DNA from: a bacterium
GTDB taxonomy: Bacteria > Auribacterota > UBA6266
Assembly: GCA_023228325.1 (NCBI GenBank)
Contig: JALOBK010000001.1
Span: 995,570 to 1,059,569 of the forward strand
Direction of reading: 5' to 3'
DNA length: 64,000 bases
The notes beneath the pieces were generated by a model. The model ran no database searches and had not been told where the DNA came from. It saw only the letters and a program-made list of their open reading frames with translations. Shown in pieces: positions 20,734-33,930 of this stretch; positions within the stretch are counted from its first letter, which is position 1; every line of letters starts with the position of its first letter. The position numbers were made by a program, and so were the translations under genes.

Positions 20734-23700
20734 TTGACAGTTGAAACTGCGAAAAGTTTATTGGGGTTTGAAGTAAAAACACCCTTTGACAAGGTTCAGA
20801 TAAAAGTTGCTTCGCCTGAAGTCATCAGGTCGTGGTCTAAGGGAGAAGTTAAAAACCCCGAGACCATTAATTACAGGACTTTTAAACCTGAGCGCGGCGG
20901 ATTATTCTGTGAAAGAATATTCGGGCCGACGCGCGACTGGGAATGTAACTGCGGAAAATACAAGAGAATAAAACACAAAGGGATTATCTGCGACCGCTGC
21001 GGAGTAGAGGTAACTCTTTCCAAAGTAAGGCGTGAAAGAATAGGACATATAGAACTTGCGGTGCCCGTATCTCACATCTGGTTTTTCAAGACGATGCCGA
21101 GCCGCATAGGAAACGTTCTCGGGCTCTCAACAAGGACGCTCGAAAGGGTTTTATATTATGAAGACTATATAGTCCTGGATGCCGGAGACACCCCGCTTGA
21201 GAAAAAACAGCTTTTAAGCGATGAAGCATACAGAGAAGCGCTTGATAAGTACGGCAGGAATTTTGTGGCTAAAATGGGAGCCGAAGCCATAAAAGAGCTT
21301 TTAAGGACAGAAAACCTGGATGCGCTTGCGGACGATTTGCACGAAAAAATGCATAAGTCAAAATCCAAGCAGGCCCAGAAAAAATATTCGAAGAGATTGA
21401 AAGTTATAGAAGGTTTCAGAAAAGCGTCGATAAGACCGGAATGGATGGTGCTCGATGTTATCCCTGTTCTGCCGCCAGATTTAAGGCCTCTTGTCCCTCT
21501 CGACGGGGGAAGGTTTGCCACTTCCGACCTTAATGACCTGTACAGGAGGGTGATTAACCGTAACAACAGGCTTAAAAATATTCTTGAGATGAAAACTCCC
21601 GAAGTAATCGTGCGCAACGAAAAAAGAATGCTTCAGGAAGCAGTTGACGCCCTCTTCGATAACGGCCGTCACGGCCGTCCTGTTGTAGGCGCGGGAAACA
21701 GGCCGTTAAAATCGCTGAGCGATATGCTTAAAGGAAAACAGGGCAGGTTCAGACAGAATCTTCTCGGTAAAAGAGTGGATTATTCCGGCCGTTCAGTTAT
21801 TGTCGTCGGGCCGGAACTTAAACTCCATCAGTGCGGTTTGCCTAAAAAGATGGCCCTTGAACTTTTCGAACCCTTTATCATCAAGAGGCTGAAGGAGATG
21901 GGGCATATCCACACCATCAAGAGCGGGAAAAAGATGATAGAGAGAGAAGCGCCGGAGGTGTGGGATATACTTGAAGACGTTACAAAAGACCATCCTATCC
22001 TTTTGAACAGGGCGCCTACTCTTCACAGGCTTGGCATTCAGGCTTTCGAGCCCATACTGATAGAAGGAAAAGCGATTAGGATTCACCCGCTGGTATGTAC
22101 CGCGTTTAATGCCGACTTCGACGGAGACCAGATGGCTGTTCACGTGCCTCTTTCGACCGAAGCCCAGCTTGAAACCCGTGTCCTGATGCTTGCGCCCAAC
22201 AATATTTTCTCGCCTTCGAGCGGGAAACCGATAGCGACACCGACTCAGGATATCACACTCGGACTTTATTATATTACCTGCGACCCTTTCAGAAAAGAAG
22301 ACAGAAAACAGCATCTGATGAGTTCTGTCGAAGAAGTTATGATGGCGTTTGACCTGGGTATGATCAATATACACACAAGCATAAAGATATTTATCAGGGG
22401 CGAACTCAGAGATACGACCGTCGGAAGAGTTTTATTCAACGACATTCTTCCCGACGAACTTGGATATGTCAATCAGGTTATAGACAAGAAAAAGATAAGC
22501 AAAATCATTGACGAATGCTATAAAATCGCCGGCCACCAGAAAACAGTCGAGACGCTTGACAGGCTTAAAGACCTCGGTTTCTCGATTGCCACGAAAGCGG
22601 GGATATCCATCGGAATGGTGGATATGAAGGTCCCTGAATCCAAGAAAAAAATAATAGAAGATGCCCATGCTGAAGTGAAAGCCGTTGAGAAACAGCGTAA
22701 AAACGGAAGCATTACAGACGGAGAAAGATATAACAAGATTGTTGACATATGGACCCATGTAACCGACCAGATATCCGAAGATATGTACAGGGGAATGAAA
22801 GAAAATGAGGGGAAAGAAGAACTTAACCCTATTTATATTATGGTGGATTCCGGAGCAAGAGGTTCCAGACAGCAGATAAGACAGCTTGCGGGGATGAGAG
22901 GACTTATGGCCAAGCCGTCCGGAGAAATCATCGAAGAACCGATTATTTCCAATTTCAGGGAAGGGCTTTCCGTTCTTGAGTACTTTATTTCTACTCACGG
23001 GGCGAGAAAGGGCCTTGCCGATACAGCTCTCAAAACGGCGGATTCCGGCTATCTGACGAGAAGGCTTGTTGACGTTGCGCAGGATGTAATAGTAACCGAA
23101 GATGATTGCGGCACGCTGAACGGGATAGCGGTCAAGGCTATTTATGAAGGCGAAGATGAAATTGTTTCGCTGAAAGAACAGATAAGCGGACGTTTTGCCA
23201 ATGAAGATATTTTGGATCCGGGGAATTCAAAACGCGTTATAGTTAAAGCCGGCGAGGAAGTAACAAATGAAAAAGCCGAAGAAATTATACGGGTTGGGAT
23301 ACAGCAGGTTAATATCCGCTCGGTTCTTACCTGCGAAACGCGTGAAGGTATTTGCGTAAAATGTTACGGCAGAAACCTTGCAAACCAGAAAAATGTCAAA
23401 TTGGGCGAATCAGTCGGCATCATTGCGGCCCAGTCAATCGGGGAACCGGGAACACAGTTGACTATGAGGACTTTCCATATCGGAGGCACGGCAAGCCAGG
23501 TGTTCAAAAAGCCCGAAATAGTGTCAAAGTTCAACGGTATAGTCAGGTACACTGATGTGAAAACAGTCAAGTTGGCCGACGGGAATTTGATTGCGCTCAG
23601 CAAAAACGGGACAGTAGGAATACACAATGAAGAAGGAAGGGAACTTGATAAACATACAGTAGAGTTTGGATCCGTTATAAGCATTCCCGAAGGCGGAAAA

Positions 23701-24804
23701 GTCAAAAAAGGCGAAAAATTCATCCAGTGGGACCCTTACAGCGCGCCGATTATCACGGAGTTTGCCGGGACAGTTGAATTTGTCGATATCATAGAAGGCC
23801 AGACCATGAAAAAAGAGCTGGATGAATCGACAGGCCTGACAGGCACGGTTATTATCGAGCACAGGGAAGAACTGCATCCGCAGATACTTATCAGGGGCGC
23901 GGGCGGCGATGAAGTAAAGGGTTATTATTCAATTCCCGCCGGCGCGCATATAGTCGTAAAGAACAACCAGAAAGTCGTGGAAGGCGCGCTTCTTGCGAAA
24001 ACGCCCAGAAAATTTGCCAAGACCAAAGATATTACGGGAGGTCTTCCCAGGGTTGCCGAATTATTTGAAGCCAGAAGGCCCAAAGATTCCGCCGATATCG
24101 CGAAGATTGACGGTATTGTCGAACTTGCCGGCACGGTAAAGGGAAGAAGAAAAGTCATTATAAAAGACGAGGTCACGGGAAATACGGAAGAACATCTTGT
24201 CCCTCTCGGGAAACATCTCATGGTATATAAAGGAGACAGGATCAAAAAAGGCGAGCAGTTGACTGACGGGCCTGTTATACCCCAGGAAATACTTCAGGTA
24301 TGCGGGACAAAAGAACTGCAGGAATATCTTGTGAACCAGGTGCAGGAAGTTTACAGGCTACAGGGAGTTGAGATTAATAATAAACATATTGAGGTTATAG
24401 TAAGGCAGATGCTGAAGAAAATCAAGATTACGGATCCGGGTGATACCGAACTCCTTATAGGAGAACAGGTGGATAAGATTAAATTCGAGGAAATCAATGC
24501 CGAAGTTAAAAGCAGAAAGATGCGCCCTGCTTCAGCTTCACCTCTTCTGCTCGGAATAACCAAAGCTTCTCTGGGAACGGAGAGTTTTATTTCAGCGGCC
24601 TCTTTCCAGGAGACAACGAGGGTTCTTACAGATGCCGCGGCGAGCGGGAAACAGGATGAACTGAGAGGCTTTAAAGAAAATGTTATTATGGGGCATCTCA
24701 TACCTGCGGGGACAGGGTTTAAAACGTTCGCGTCGGTAGAAGTGGGGAAAATAGTTGAAGAAGGCGAAGCAGAATTGAGTGAAAGCAGCTTGGAAGAAAA
24801 GTAA
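20734..24804 (+). CDS. rpoC: DNA-directed RNA polymerase subunit beta' (TTG start)
   Basis: NADFDGD catalytic motif and a zinc finger CNCGKYK...CDRCG. AGGAGGAG RBS sits 5 nt before the TTG. Confidence 0.98.
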   Translation: MTVETAKSLLGFEVKTPFDKVQIKVASPEVIRSWSKGEVKNPETINYRTFKPERGGLFCERIFGPTRDWECNCGKYKRIKHKGIICDRCGVEVTLSKVRRERIGHIELAVPVSHIWFFKTMPSRIGNVLGLSTRTLERVLYYEDYIVLDAGDTPLEKKQLLSDEAYREALDKYGRNFVAKMGAEAIKELLRTENLDALADDLHEKMHKSKSKQAQKKYSKRLKVIEGFRKASIRPEWMVLDVIPVLPPDLRPLVPLDGGRFATSDLNDLYRRVINRNNRLKNILEMKTPEVIVRNEKRMLQEAVDALFDNGRHGRPVVGAGNRPLKSLSDMLKGKQGRFRQNLLGKRVDYSGRSVIVVGPELKLHQCGLPKKMALELFEPFIIKRLKEMGHIHTIKSGKKMIEREAPEVWDILEDVTKDHPILLNRAPTLHRLGIQAFEPILIEGKAIRIHPLVCTAFNADFDGDQMAVHVPLSTEAQLETRVLMLAPNNIFSPSSGKPIATPTQDITLGLYYITCDPFRKEDRKQHLMSSVEEVMMAFDLGMINIHTSIKIFIRGELRDTTVGRVLFNDILPDELGYVNQVIDKKKISKIIDECYKIAGHQKTVETLDRLKDLGFSIATKAGISIGMVDMKVPESKKKIIEDAHAEVKAVEKQRKNGSITDGERYNKIVDIWTHVTDQISEDMYRGMKENEGKEELNPIYIMVDSGARGSRQQIRQLAGMRGLMAKPSGEIIEEPIISNFREGLSVLEYFISTHGARKGLADTALKTADSGYLTRRLVDVAQDVIVTEDDCGTLNGIAVKAIYEGEDEIVSLKEQISGRFANEDILDPGNSKRVIVKAGEEVTNEKAEEIIRVGIQQVNIRSVLTCETREGICVKCYGRNLANQKNVKLGESVGIIAAQSIGEPGTQLTMRTFHIGGTASQVFKKPEIVSKFNGIVRYTDVKTVKLADGNLIALSKNGTVGIHNEEGRELDKHTVEFGSVISIPEGGKVKKGEKFIQWDPYSAPIITEFAGTVEFVDIIEGQTMKKELDESTGLTGTVIIEHREELHPQILIRGAGGDEVKGYYSIPAGAHIVVKNNQKVVEGALLAKTPRKFAKTKDITGGLPRVAELFEARRPKDSADIAKIDGIVELAGTVKGRRKVIIKDEVTGNTEEHLVPLGKHLMVYKGDRIKKGEQLTDGPVIPQEILQVCGTKELQEYLVNQVQEVYRLQGVEINNKHIEVIVRQMLKKIKITDPGDTELLIGEQVDKIKFEEINAEVKSRKMRPASASPLLLGITKASLGTESFISAASFQETTRVLTDAAASGKQDELRGFKENVIMGHLIPAGTGFKTFASVEVGKIVEEGEAELSESSLEEK

Positions 24805-24815
24805 GGGAGAGATAG

Positions 24816-25187
24816 ATGCCGACGATTAATCAGTTGATAAGGAAAAAAAGAAGCAAAGTTGTGAAAAAGAAAAAGACGCCCGCTCTTAACGGCTGTCCTT
24901 TTAAAAGAGGTGTCTGTCTTCAGGTAAAAACACAGACGCCTAAAAAACCTAACTCTGCGTTGAGGAAGATTGCCAGGGTAAGGCTGACAAACGGTATGGA
25001 AGTTACCGCTTATATCCCGGGCGTCGGACACAACCTGCAGGAACATTCGATTGTGCTTATAAGAGGGGGAAGAGTAAAAGATCTTCCCGGTGTCAGATAT
25101 CATATAGTGAGAGGCACGCTTGATACTCTCGGGGTTGAGGGGAGAAAGCAGTCGCGGTCAAAATACGGCGCGAAGATGCCTAAATAA
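24816..25187 (+). CDS. rpsL: 30S ribosomal protein S12
   Basis: Family similarity. Confidence 0.97.
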   Translation: MPTINQLIRKKRSKVVKKKKTPALNGCPFKRGVCLQVKTQTPKKPNSALRKIARVRLTNGMEVTAYIPGVGHNLQEHSIVLIRGGRVKDLPGVRYHIVRGTLDTLGVEGRKQSRSKYGAKMPK

Positions 25188-25271
25188 TTACGAAAGACGT
25201 CCGCTTTGCCGGGACGCAGGACGAAGGATGCGGGAAGTAAAAAGATAACAGGAAAAACAGAGAGGTAAACA

Positions 25272-25745
25272 ATGGCAAGAAGGCGCAGGGCCACAAAAAG
25301 AATAAAAGCAAGAGATGAAAAATTTGGCAGCGAGCTGGTAGGCCGTTTTATAAACTGTCTTATGCTGCAGGGAAAAAAGAGCATAGCCGAATCGGCTGTA
25401 TATAACGCTATGGAAATCCTGAAAGAGAAATCAGGCTCGAAAGATTCTCTTGAGGCTTTAAAAAAAGCTATAGATAATGTTAAGCCTGTTCTTGAAGTCC
25501 GTTCGAGAAGAGTCGGCGGAGCGACTTATCAGGTTCCCGTTGATGTCAGCCCGGACAGAAGGACGGCGCTTGCGTTCAGATGGATTGTCGGCTTTGCCAG
25601 AACTAAAAAAGGCGGGCCTATAGCGCAGAGGTTGGCCGGCGAGCTTCTTGACGCGTTTAATAATGCGGGTTCTGCCGTTAAAAAGAAAGAAGATACGCAC
25701 AAAATGGCTGAAGCCAATAAAGCATTTGCGCATTACAAGTGGTAG
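25272..25745 (+). CDS. rpsG: 30S ribosomal protein S7
   Basis: Family similarity. Confidence 0.96.
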   Translation: MARRRRATKRIKARDEKFGSELVGRFINCLMLQGKKSIAESAVYNAMEILKEKSGSKDSLEALKKAIDNVKPVLEVRSRRVGGATYQVPVDVSPDRRTALAFRWIVGFARTKKGGPIAQRLAGELLDAFNNAGSAVKKKEDTHKMAEANKAFAHYKW

Positions 25746-25853
25746 GCGCGGAAAAATTCGGAATTCGAGTATAAAAATTCGAAACCAGGTTGAATATTTT
25801 TGTGCAATTTAAATATGAAAAGACAAAATATAGAATTTTCGGGAGTTTAAATA

Positions 25854-27920
25854 GTGGCAAAGAAAGTATCGTTAGAAAAATTAAGGAATATTGGTATCAT
25901 GGCTCACATAGATGCCGGGAAAACCACTACGACCGAAAGGATACTGTTTTATACCGGTAAAACCTATAAACTCGGTGAAGTCCATGAAGGAACCGCCACT
26001 ATGGATTGGATGGAGCAGGAGCAGGAAAGAGGAATAACGATAACATCAGCTGCGACCACGACTTATTGGAAGGAACATCAAATTAATATTATTGATACTC
26101 CCGGGCATGTTGATTTTACCGTTGAAGTTGAAAGATCTTTGAGAGTTTTAGATGGCGCGGTAGCTGTCTTTTGCGCCGTGGGCGGTGTTGAGCCCCAGTC
26201 GGAAACAGTATGGCGCCAGGCAAATAAATATAATATACCGAGAATAGCCTTTATCAACAAGATGGACAGGACAGGAGCTGATTTTTTCACCGCTGTTGCG
26301 CGAATGAGAGAAAGGCTTGGAGCTAACGCCGTGCCCATTCAACTTCCTGTCGGAGCAGAGGACCAATTCAGAGGTATAATCGATTTAGTGATTATGAAGA
26401 TGATTGTAAATAAGGGAGACGACAAAGGGGCCACGGTGGAAATCGAAGAAATACCGGAGGAATACAGGCAGCAGGCGGAAGAATACCGCGAAAAGCTTTT
26501 CGAAGCGCTTGCCGATGAAGATGATATGATCCTTGAAAAATATGTGGAAGGAAAGCCGATTGAAGAGAAGGAAGTAAAAGATGTCCTGAGAAAAGCTACT
26601 CTGGACAACCTTGTAGTTCCTGTCCTTTGCGGAGCCTCTTTTAAAAATAAAGGGGTTCAAAGGCTTATTGACGCGATTGTTGATTATCTTCCTTCCCCGC
26701 TGGATGTGCTGCCTGTAAAAGGCGATAATCCTGACGCCGGGCAGGAAGAAACAAGAAAACCCGATAAAAATGAACCGTTCTCAGCTTTGGCGTTTAAGGT
26801 TGTGAGCGACCCTTATGTCGGCAAACTTACATATTTCAGAGTTTACTCCGGTTCGTTTAAGAAAGGGTCTTATATTTACAATTCTTCGAACGGGAAAAGA
26901 GAGAGAGTCGGAAGGCTGCTCCATATGCATGCAAATGACAGGGAAGATATAGATGAAGTAGTTGCGGGGGATATTGCCGCGGGTGTCGGGCTCAGGGAAA
27001 CGGGTACAGGGGATACTCTCTCGGATGAAGATCATCCGATAATACTTGAATCCATGGTGTTTCCCGAACCGGTTATTTCCATGGCGATAGAACCTAAAAC
27101 AAAAGCTGACAGGGATAAGCTTCAGATAGCTTTGCAGCGGCTTCAGGAAGAAGACCCGACTTTCAAGGTTAAATCGGACCCTGATACAGGGCAAACCATA
27201 ATTTCGGGGATGGGAGAGCTTCATCTTGACATTATTAAAGACAGGATGCTCAGGGAATTCAAAGTTGATGCAAGCGTAGGAAAACCCCAGGTTGCGTACA
27301 GAGAGACAATTCAGGTGCCGCGGGAGGCAGAGGGTAAGTTCATAAGGCAGTCCGGAGGAAGGGGACAATACGGACATGCTGTAATAACCATTGAGCCTGT
27401 CCAGCAGGGCAAAGGGATTGAGTTCGAGGATAAGATTGTAGGCGGAACAATACCCAGAGAATATATTCCTGCGGTTCATTCAGGGATAAAAGAAGCGGCT
27501 TTGACAGGTGTGCTCGGCGGGTATCCGGTTGTAGATGTTAAAATATCTCTTATTGACGGCTCTTTTCATGAAGTTGATTCTTCGGAGTTGGCATTTAAGA
27601 TGGCAGGTTCGATCGCATTTAAAGAAGCTATGAGAAAAGCAGATCCGGTTCTGCTTGAGCCGGTGATGAAAGTTGAGGTTACAACTCCCGAAGAATTCAT
27701 GGGAGATGTTATAGGAGATTTAAATTCCAGGAGAGGCAAGGTCAAAGAAATGGAAACAAAAGGCAATGCCAAGATTATTCTGGCCGATGTGCCTCTTGCT
27801 GAAATGTTCGGATACGCAACGGTGATAAGATCTATTACGAGGGGAAGGGCAAGTTATTCAATGGAACCGTCACATTTTGAAAAGGTGCCCAAAAATATAG
27901 CAGAGAAAATTCTTGAGTAG
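25854..27920 (+). CDS. fusA: Elongation factor G (GTG start)
   Basis: AHIDAGKTT and RGITI motifs; 688 aa. Confidence 0.97.
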   Translation: MAKKVSLEKLRNIGIMAHIDAGKTTTTERILFYTGKTYKLGEVHEGTATMDWMEQEQERGITITSAATTTYWKEHQINIIDTPGHVDFTVEVERSLRVLDGAVAVFCAVGGVEPQSETVWRQANKYNIPRIAFINKMDRTGADFFTAVARMRERLGANAVPIQLPVGAEDQFRGIIDLVIMKMIVNKGDDKGATVEIEEIPEEYRQQAEEYREKLFEALADEDDMILEKYVEGKPIEEKEVKDVLRKATLDNLVVPVLCGASFKNKGVQRLIDAIVDYLPSPLDVLPVKGDNPDAGQEETRKPDKNEPFSALAFKVVSDPYVGKLTYFRVYSGSFKKGSYIYNSSNGKRERVGRLLHMHANDREDIDEVVAGDIAAGVGLRETGTGDTLSDEDHPIILESMVFPEPVISMAIEPKTKADRDKLQIALQRLQEEDPTFKVKSDPDTGQTIISGMGELHLDIIKDRMLREFKVDASVGKPQVAYRETIQVPREAEGKFIRQSGGRGQYGHAVITIEPVQQGKGIEFEDKIVGGTIPREYIPAVHSGIKEAALTGVLGGYPVVDVKISLIDGSFHEVDSSELAFKMAGSIAFKEAMRKADPVLLEPVMKVEVTTPEEFMGDVIGDLNSRRGKVKEMETKGNAKIILADVPLAEMFGYATVIRSITRGRASYSMEPSHFEKVPKNIAEKILE

Positions 27921-27931
27921 GAGGATTTAAT

Positions 27932-29155
27932 ATGGCAAAAGAGAAATTTGAGAGGACGAAACCGCACGTAAACGTAGGTACGATAGGGCATGTAGACCAT
28001 GGCAAGACTACGTTGACAGCGGCATTGACGAAGGTACTTGAACAGAAAGGGTTGAGCAAATTCATAAGCTATGACGAGATAGCGAAGGCATCGGAGTCGC
28101 AGGGAAGAAGAGACGCGACAAAGATCCTTACGATATCGACATCGCATGTTGAATATTCATCTGAGAAACGGCACTATGCCCATGTTGACTGTCCCGGGCA
28201 CGCGGATTACGTAAAGAACATGATAACGGGAGCGGCCCAGATGGACGGGGCGATACTGGTAGTGAGCGCGGTAGACGGGCCCATGCCGCAGACCAGAGAA
28301 CATATCCTGCTTGCGAGACAGGTAGGCGTACCTTATATAGTAGTGTTTATGAACAAATGCGACATGGTAGACGACCCTGAGCTGCTTGACCTGGTAGAAC
28401 TTGAAGTAAGAGAACTTCTGAACAAATACGAGTTTCCGGGAGATAAGATACCTGTAATAAGGGGGAGCGCGACAAAAGCGATAGCATCGCCTAATGCCGA
28501 CAGCCCTGATGCGAAACCTATACTGGATCTTGTAAAAGCGCTTGACGATTACATACCCGAACCGCAGAGAGAGATCGAGAAACCGTTCCTGATGCCGATA
28601 GAAGACGTATTTTCGATAACCGGCAGAGGTACAGTGGGTACAGGCAGGGTTGAGAGAGGCATAGTAAAAGTAAGCGACGAGATAGAAATAGTCGGGATAA
28701 AACCTACGATGAAGACAGTTGTGACCGGGGTTGAGATGTTCCGCAAAGAACTTGACCAGGGTCAGGCGGGAGACAACGTAGGGTTGCTGTTAAGAGGAGT
28801 TGACAAGGAACATCTGGAAAGAGGACAGGTACTTGCAAAACCGGGATCGATCACGCCGCACAGGAAGTTCAAGGCTGAAGTATATGTTCTTACAAAGGAT
28901 GAAGGCGGCAGGCACACGCCGTTCTTCGCCGGGTACAGGCCCCAGTTCTACTTCCGCACGACAGATGTGACGGGGATAGTAAACGAACTGATAGGCAAAG
29001 ACGGGAATAAGGCGGAGATGTGCATGCCCGGAGACAACGTACAGATGCAGATAGATTTAATATGCCCGATAGCGATGGAGAAGACACTGAGATTCGCTAT
29101 AAGAGAAGGCGGAAGAACAGTAGGAGCCGGCAGAGTAACCGAGATTATCGAATAA
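27932..29155 (+). CDS. tuf: Elongation factor Tu, copy 2 (identical to 12199..13422)
   Basis: Same 407-aa product. The antisense-frame ORFs are also identical, implying nucleotide identity. Confidence 0.97.
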   Translation: MAKEKFERTKPHVNVGTIGHVDHGKTTLTAALTKVLEQKGLSKFISYDEIAKASESQGRRDATKILTISTSHVEYSSEKRHYAHVDCPGHADYVKNMITGAAQMDGAILVVSAVDGPMPQTREHILLARQVGVPYIVVFMNKCDMVDDPELLDLVELEVRELLNKYEFPGDKIPVIRGSATKAIASPNADSPDAKPILDLVKALDDYIPEPQREIEKPFLMPIEDVFSITGRGTVGTGRVERGIVKVSDEIEIVGIKPTMKTVVTGVEMFRKELDQGQAGDNVGLLLRGVDKEHLERGQVLAKPGSITPHRKFKAEVYVLTKDEGGRHTPFFAGYRPQFYFRTTDVTGIVNELIGKDGNKAEMCMPGDNVQMQIDLICPIAMEKTLRFAIREGGRTVGAGRVTEIIE

Positions 29156-29170
29156 GGGAGAAAACTTAAC

Positions 29171-29479
29171 GTGGAAGGACAAAGAATCAGAATTAAGTTA
29201 AAGGCATACGATCATAAGGTCCTTGATCAATCTGCTCAGGAAATAGTTGAAGTGGCGAAAAGGACGGGAGCTTCTGTTTCGGGCCCTATTCCTTTGCCCA
29301 CCAGGATTGAAAAATATACAGTGCTTCGTTCTCCGCATATTGACAAAAAATCGCGGGAACAGTTTGAGACAAGGACGCACCAGAGGCTTCTTGATATCGT
29401 TAACCCGAGCGCCAAGACGGTGGATGAGCTTAAAAAGCTTAATCTTCCCGCCGGCGTGGATATTAATATCAAAAGCTGA
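29171..29479 (+). CDS. rpsJ: 30S ribosomal protein S10 (GTG start)
   Basis: [12 protein letters not shown] motif. Confidence 0.95.
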   Translation: MEGQRIRIKLKAYDHKVLDQSAQEIVEVAKRTGASVSGPIPLPTRIEKYTVLRSPHIDKKSREQFETRTHQRLLDIVNPSAKTVDELKKLNLPAGVDINIKS

Positions 29480-29521
29480 GAAAGCGCCGGAATAAATAAG
29501 TAAAAAGTTGGAGATATTACA

Positions 29522-30172
29522 ATGGGTATTTCATTGTTTGGCAAGAAAATCGGAATGACACAGGTTTTTTCACCCAAGGGCGATATTCTGCCCGTTACGG
29601 TTCTGGAGGTGGGGCCTTGTGTGGTTGTGCAGGTTAAAACGTCTGATAAAGATAAGTATTCGGCCATCCAGATTGGATTTGGCGGCGTGAAAGAAAAACA
29701 TGTGACCAAACCGCTGCGCGGGCATTTCAAGAAATCCAGCCTGGAGTTCAGGAAATTTTTGGGCGAATGCAGGCTTCAGGACGGGGAAGAAAAGAGTTTT
29801 AAAGTCGGGCAGGAAATAAAAGTGGATATATTCAAGAAAGGCGATCACGTTGACCTTACCGGCACTTCCATCGGAAAAGGTTTTGCCGGGGTAATGAAAA
29901 GGCATCATTTTCACGGGCACAAAGGTTCTCATGGAACGCATGAAAGCAAGAGAGGCCCGGGTTCCATAGGCGCACACGCGACACCTTCAAGAGTTTACAA
30001 GGGTAGAAAACTTGCCGGGCAGATGGGTAACACCAGAGTTACCATGTTAAACCTGGAAGTTGTTGATATCAGGCCCGAACAGAATATTATGCTTGTGAAA
30101 GGCGCGGTCCCGGGATGGGATAACGGCCTTGTCAGGATTAGAAAATCGGTGAAGATTAAGAAAAAGCAGTAA
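29522..30172 (+). CDS. rplC: 50S ribosomal protein L3
   Basis: Family similarity. Confidence 0.95.
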   Translation: MGISLFGKKIGMTQVFSPKGDILPVTVLEVGPCVVVQVKTSDKDKYSAIQIGFGGVKEKHVTKPLRGHFKKSSLEFRKFLGECRLQDGEEKSFKVGQEIKVDIFKKGDHVDLTGTSIGKGFAGVMKRHHFHGHKGSHGTHESKRGPGSIGAHATPSRVYKGRKLAGQMGNTRVTMLNLEVVDIRPEQNIMLVKGAVPGWDNGLVRIRKSVKIKKKQ

Positions 30173-30202
30173 GCAATTAATTTTACAGGCGAGGTTTTTT
30201 AA

Positions 30203-30826
30203 ATGGGAAAAATAGATGTTTTGAGTGTTAAAGGTAAAAAAGTGGGTGATTTCAGCATTCCTGAAAAAATCGAGGGCTTCAAATATGCGGGCCAGCTCGT
30301 TCACGATGCGGTGGTAAAACAGCTTGCCGGGAGAAGAAGCGGCAATGCGTGCACCAAAACCCGCGCGGAAGTAAACCGTTCAGGCATCAAGTTATACAAG
30401 CAGAAAGGGACGGGAAGAGCGAGAGCCGGAACCGCGGGCTCTCCTACAAGAGTGGGAGGCGGAGTCGCGTTTGGGCCCAGGCCGAGAGATTATTTTTTGA
30501 GGCTTAATAAAAAAGAACAGCAGAAAGCCCTGAAATCGGCTATTGCGGAAAGATTTAAAACAGGCGGGGTTATAATAGTCGACAAAATCAGCATCCCTGC
30601 TCCTAAAACCAAAGAAATAAAGGTTTTTCTGGATAATATCAATGCGGGGGAGAATGCCCTGATAGTTTTGAAAGAGCTGAACAATGAGTTCAAAATGGCT
30701 GTGAGAAATATGCCGAAAGTGACAGCGGTTGTCGCGAACAGTCTTAATACATATGATGTTCTATATTATAAGAAACTTATTATCGATAAAGATGCTGTTA
30801 AAGAAATAGAAGAAAAGTTTAATTGA
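30203..30826 (+). CDS. rplD: 50S ribosomal protein L4
   Basis: Family similarity. Confidence 0.93.
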   Translation: MGKIDVLSVKGKKVGDFSIPEKIEGFKYAGQLVHDAVVKQLAGRRSGNACTKTRAEVNRSGIKLYKQKGTGRARAGTAGSPTRVGGGVAFGPRPRDYFLRLNKKEQQKALKSAIAERFKTGGVIIVDKISIPAPKTKEIKVFLDNINAGENALIVLKELNNEFKMAVRNMPKVTAVVANSLNTYDVLYYKKLIIDKDAVKEIEEKFN

Positions 30827-30843
30827 TTTAAAAGAGGGTTGAA

Positions 30844-31122
30844 ATGAGAGATTTATATAAAATCATAAAGAGTCCTGTAATCACAGAAAAAGGTTCCGCC
30901 CAGGCAGAAAAGGGAAAATATTATTTTAGAGTCGATAAAACTGCAAATAAACTTGAAATCAGGCAGGCAGTTGAGAAAATGTTTAAAGTTAAAGTTACAG
31001 ATGTAAACAAAATGAAAGTGCACGGCAAGAAAAAAAGGGTCAGGTATAAACAAGGTCTTACATCCGATTGGGTAAAAGCGATTGTTACTCTTAAGGAAGG
31101 CGACAAAATCGAATTTGTATAA
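30844..31122 (+). CDS. rplW: 50S ribosomal protein L23
   Basis: Family similarity. Confidence 0.92.
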   Translation: MRDLYKIIKSPVITEKGSAQAEKGKYYFRVDKTANKLEIRQAVEKMFKVKVTDVNKMKVHGKKKRVRYKQGLTSDWVKAIVTLKEGDKIEFV

Positions 31123-31144
31123 AGATTGATGAGGTGATAAAGAA

Positions 31145-31975
31145 ATGGCTATAAAGAAATTTAAACCGATTACGCCCGGAACAAGATTCATGACGGTTTC
31201 CTCTTCTGAGGATATAACGAGGAATAAACCGGAAAGAAATCTTCTTTCGGCAATAAAGAAAACCGGCGGCAGAAACAACGCGGGCTCTATTTCAGTGCGG
31301 CATCACGGCGGCGGACACAAAAGGATGTACCGTTTCATAGACTTTAAAAGAGATAAGGACGGGGTTCCAGCCAGGGTCGCTTCCATTGAATATGACCCGA
31401 ACAGATCCACGAGGATCGCGTTGGTCGTTTATAAGGACGGGGAAAAAAGGTATATTGTCGCCCCGAACGGCTTAAAAGTTAATGATGAGGTGATGTCCGG
31501 CTCCAATGCTGAAATTCAAATCGGCAATTGCCTGCCGTTAAAAGATATCCCGCTGGGAATGAATATTCATAATATCGAACTTAAAGAGCATTGCGGGGGC
31601 AAACTGGTCAGGAGCGCCGGCGGAAGCGCCGAACTGATGGCGAAGGAAAGCGGATTCGCGCATATAAAGCTTCCTTCGGGCGAAGTCAGGCTGATACCTC
31701 TCGGTTGCAGGGCGACTATCGGCCAGCTCTCGAATCTTGAGCATTCGAATTTAACGGTTGGAAAAGCCGGGCGTTCCAGATGGCTTGGGATTCGTCCTAC
31801 CGTAAGAGGCGTTGCTATGAACCCTGTCGACCATCCGCACGGCGGAGGAGAAGGTAAAGCGCCGCAGGGCAATCCTCATCCGGTAAGCCCGTGGGGAATG
31901 CCGACAAAAGGATATAAAACACGTTCTAAAAGAAAAGATTCCTGGTATATTATAAAACCCAGGAAAAAGAAGTAA
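31145..31975 (+). CDS. rplB: 50S ribosomal protein L2
   Basis: Family similarity. Confidence 0.96.
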   Translation: MAIKKFKPITPGTRFMTVSSSEDITRNKPERNLLSAIKKTGGRNNAGSISVRHHGGGHKRMYRFIDFKRDKDGVPARVASIEYDPNRSTRIALVVYKDGEKRYIVAPNGLKVNDEVMSGSNAEIQIGNCLPLKDIPLGMNIHNIELKEHCGGKLVRSAGGSAELMAKESGFAHIKLPSGEVRLIPLGCRATIGQLSNLEHSNLTVGKAGRSRWLGIRPTVRGVAMNPVDHPHGGGEGKAPQGNPHPVSPWGMPTKGYKTRSKRKDSWYIIKPRKKK

Positions 31976-31992
31976 AAATGGAGATTGGATAA

Positions 31993-32394
31993 ATGGCTAG
32001 ATCACTTAAAAAAGGACCTTATATCGAGCAGAAATTAATGGATAAGGTTGTAAAGGCTAAGAGAACAGGAGACAGGAAGCCGATAAAAACCTGGTCAAGA
32101 AGATCGGTAATCGCGCCTGATTTTGTAGGAATTACATTTTCCGTGCACAACGGCAAAAAATTCCTGCCGGTTTTTATTACGGAGAACATGGTCGGGCATA
32201 AACTCGGGGAGTTTGCTCCGACGAGAACGTTTAAAAAGCACGGCGGTGAAAAAGGTACTGCTGAACTGAAAGAAGGAATGGCGCCTGTTGCGGCGGCCGG
32301 AGCGGCTCCCGCGGCGGGAGGAGCGACTCCGCAAGCGCCTGCGGCTAAAGAGGCAGCGCCTGCTGCAGATGCCGGACAAAAATCAAAGAAATAG
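31993..32394 (+). CDS. rpsS: 30S ribosomal protein S19 with a C-terminal Ala/Pro-rich low-complexity tail of about 40 aa
   Basis: The S19 core ends around TRTFKKHGG. The tail is [44 protein letters not shown]. Confidence 0.93.
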   Translation: MARSLKKGPYIEQKLMDKVVKAKRTGDRKPIKTWSRRSVIAPDFVGITFSVHNGKKFLPVFITENMVGHKLGEFAPTRTFKKHGGEKGTAELKEGMAPVAAAGAAPAAGGATPQAPAAKEAAPAADAGQKSKK

Positions 32395-32421
32395 CCGGGG
32401 AAGAAAAGGGAGTTTTTATAA

Positions 32422-32826
32422 ATGGAAGCTAAAGCTATAACAAAATACGTCAGGGTTTCTGTCAGGAAGGCAAAGCCTTTACTCGACATCATCAGAGGGA
32501 AGAAAGTCGAAGAAGCCGTTGCAAGCCTTTCTTTTTCGGCGAAAAAAGCCGCCAAAGAAATAGAAAAAACGCTTAAATCGGCAATTGCCAATCTTAAATC
32601 AAAGGAAGATAAATCCGCCGGCGCGGAAATTCATGTTAAAGAGGCATATGCGACCGAAGGCCCGATATTAAGAAGATTTATCCCGAGAGCTCACGGCCGG
32701 GCTACCAGAATTCGCAAACGTACCAGCCATATATATATTACAGTTGCTTCTAAAGGAGAGTCAGCTTCTTCTGGGGATGTGACAAAAAAGAAAGCAAAAA
32801 AAATATCGTCGAAACGAAAGAAGTAA
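32422..32826 (+). CDS. rplV: 50S ribosomal protein L22 with a Lys-rich C-terminal extension
   Basis: Family similarity; tail ...SSGDVTKKKAKKISSKRKK. Confidence 0.92.
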   Translation: MEAKAITKYVRVSVRKAKPLLDIIRGKKVEEAVASLSFSAKKAAKEIEKTLKSAIANLKSKEDKSAGAEIHVKEAYATEGPILRRFIPRAHGRATRIRKRTSHIYITVASKGESASSGDVTKKKAKKISSKRKK

Positions 32827-32841
32827 TTCCGGGAGGTAAAT

Positions 32842-33510
32842 GTGGGACAAAAAGTAAACCCTATAGGTTTCAGGGTAATGGTTACAAAAGACTGGCGATC
32901 CAAATGGTATGCCGATAAGAAAAAATTTAAAGAATACCTTAAGGAAGATCTGGGAATAAGGAGCTATATTAAAGGGAAACTTTCTTTTGCCGGAATTCCC
33001 CGTATTGATATAGAAAGAAGCGGAAATGTTGTTACGGTTACACTGCACGCGGCCCGCCCCGGACTTGTCATCGGGAGAAAAGGCGCGGAGATTGATAAAC
33101 TGAAAGAACAGCTTATCGCCATTACAAAAAAGGAAGTCAAGGTGGAGATAAAAGAGGTGAAAACCCCCGCAATTAATTCGCAGCTTGTTGCGGAAAACAT
33201 AGCCGGGCAGATTGAAAAGAGAATATCTCATAAAAGGGCTATGAAGAAAGCCGTGAGCCTTGCCATGGACAACAGCGCGGAAGGGATAAAGATACTCTGT
33301 TCCGGAAGACTTGGCGGGAATGAAATCGCGCGTTCCGAGGGTTATAAGGAAGGGAAGATTCCTCTTCATACGCTAAGGTCTGACATTGATTATGGATTTG
33401 CGGAAGCAAATACGACATACGGCACCATCGGCGTGAAAGTCTGGATATGCAAGGGAGAGAAAGAAATTTCCGCAAAGAACAAGGAGGCAAAAAATGCCGT
33501 TAATGCCTAA
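32842..33510 (+). CDS. rpsC: 30S ribosomal protein S3 (GTG start)
   Basis: Starts [11 protein letters not shown]. Confidence 0.95.
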   Translation: MGQKVNPIGFRVMVTKDWRSKWYADKKKFKEYLKEDLGIRSYIKGKLSFAGIPRIDIERSGNVVTVTLHAARPGLVIGRKGAEIDKLKEQLIAITKKEVKVEIKEVKTPAINSQLVAENIAGQIEKRISHKRAMKKAVSLAMDNSAEGIKILCSGRLGGNEIARSEGYKEGKIPLHTLRSDIDYGFAEANTTYGTIGVKVWICKGEKEISAKNKEAKNAVNA

Positions 33511-33910
33511 AAGGGTCAAACACAGGAAAATGCAAAAAGGCAAGATGAAAGGCCTCTCCAAAGGCGGGAATGAAATAAATTTCGGAGAATACGGAGTTCA
33601 GGCGCTTGAAAGGGCATGGATTTCAAATATTCATATAGAGGCTTCGAGGGTTGCTCTCACAAGGTTTGTAAAAAGAAAAGGAAAAGTGTGGATACGCATA
33701 TTTCCCGACAAACCGATAACCAAGAAACCCGCGGAAGTGAGAATGGGCAAGGGAAAAGGCGCAGTTGAAGGCTGGGTATGCCGAGTTTGTCCCGGCAGAA
33801 TTCTTTTTGAAATAGATGGCGTTCCTGAAGCGACGGCGCAGGAAGCTATGAGATTGGCTGCCAGCAAACTGCCTATAAAGACAAGATTTATTTCAAGAAG
33901 AGAAATATAA
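33494..33910 (+). CDS. rplP: 50S ribosomal protein L16
   Basis: Family similarity. Overlaps the rpsC 3' end by 17 nt; an alternative ATG lies at 33503. Confidence 0.94.
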   Translation: MPLMPKRVKHRKMQKGKMKGLSKGGNEINFGEYGVQALERAWISNIHIEASRVALTRFVKRKGKVWIRIFPDKPITKKPAEVRMGKGKGAVEGWVCRVCPGRILFEIDGVPEATAQEAMRLAASKLPIKTRFISRREI

Positions 33911-33930
33911 TAATTTTAACGGGGTAGATA

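Noticed and set aside
17531-24245. Numerous long antisense ORFs inside rpoB and rpoC (for example 19527..20189, 202-220 aa; 21793..22374; 22432..22998)
   Set aside because: They lie entirely within, and opposite to, highly conserved rpoB/rpoC coding sequence and have low-complexity, protein-unlike translations. This is the classic antisense-ORF artefact of purine-rich genes.
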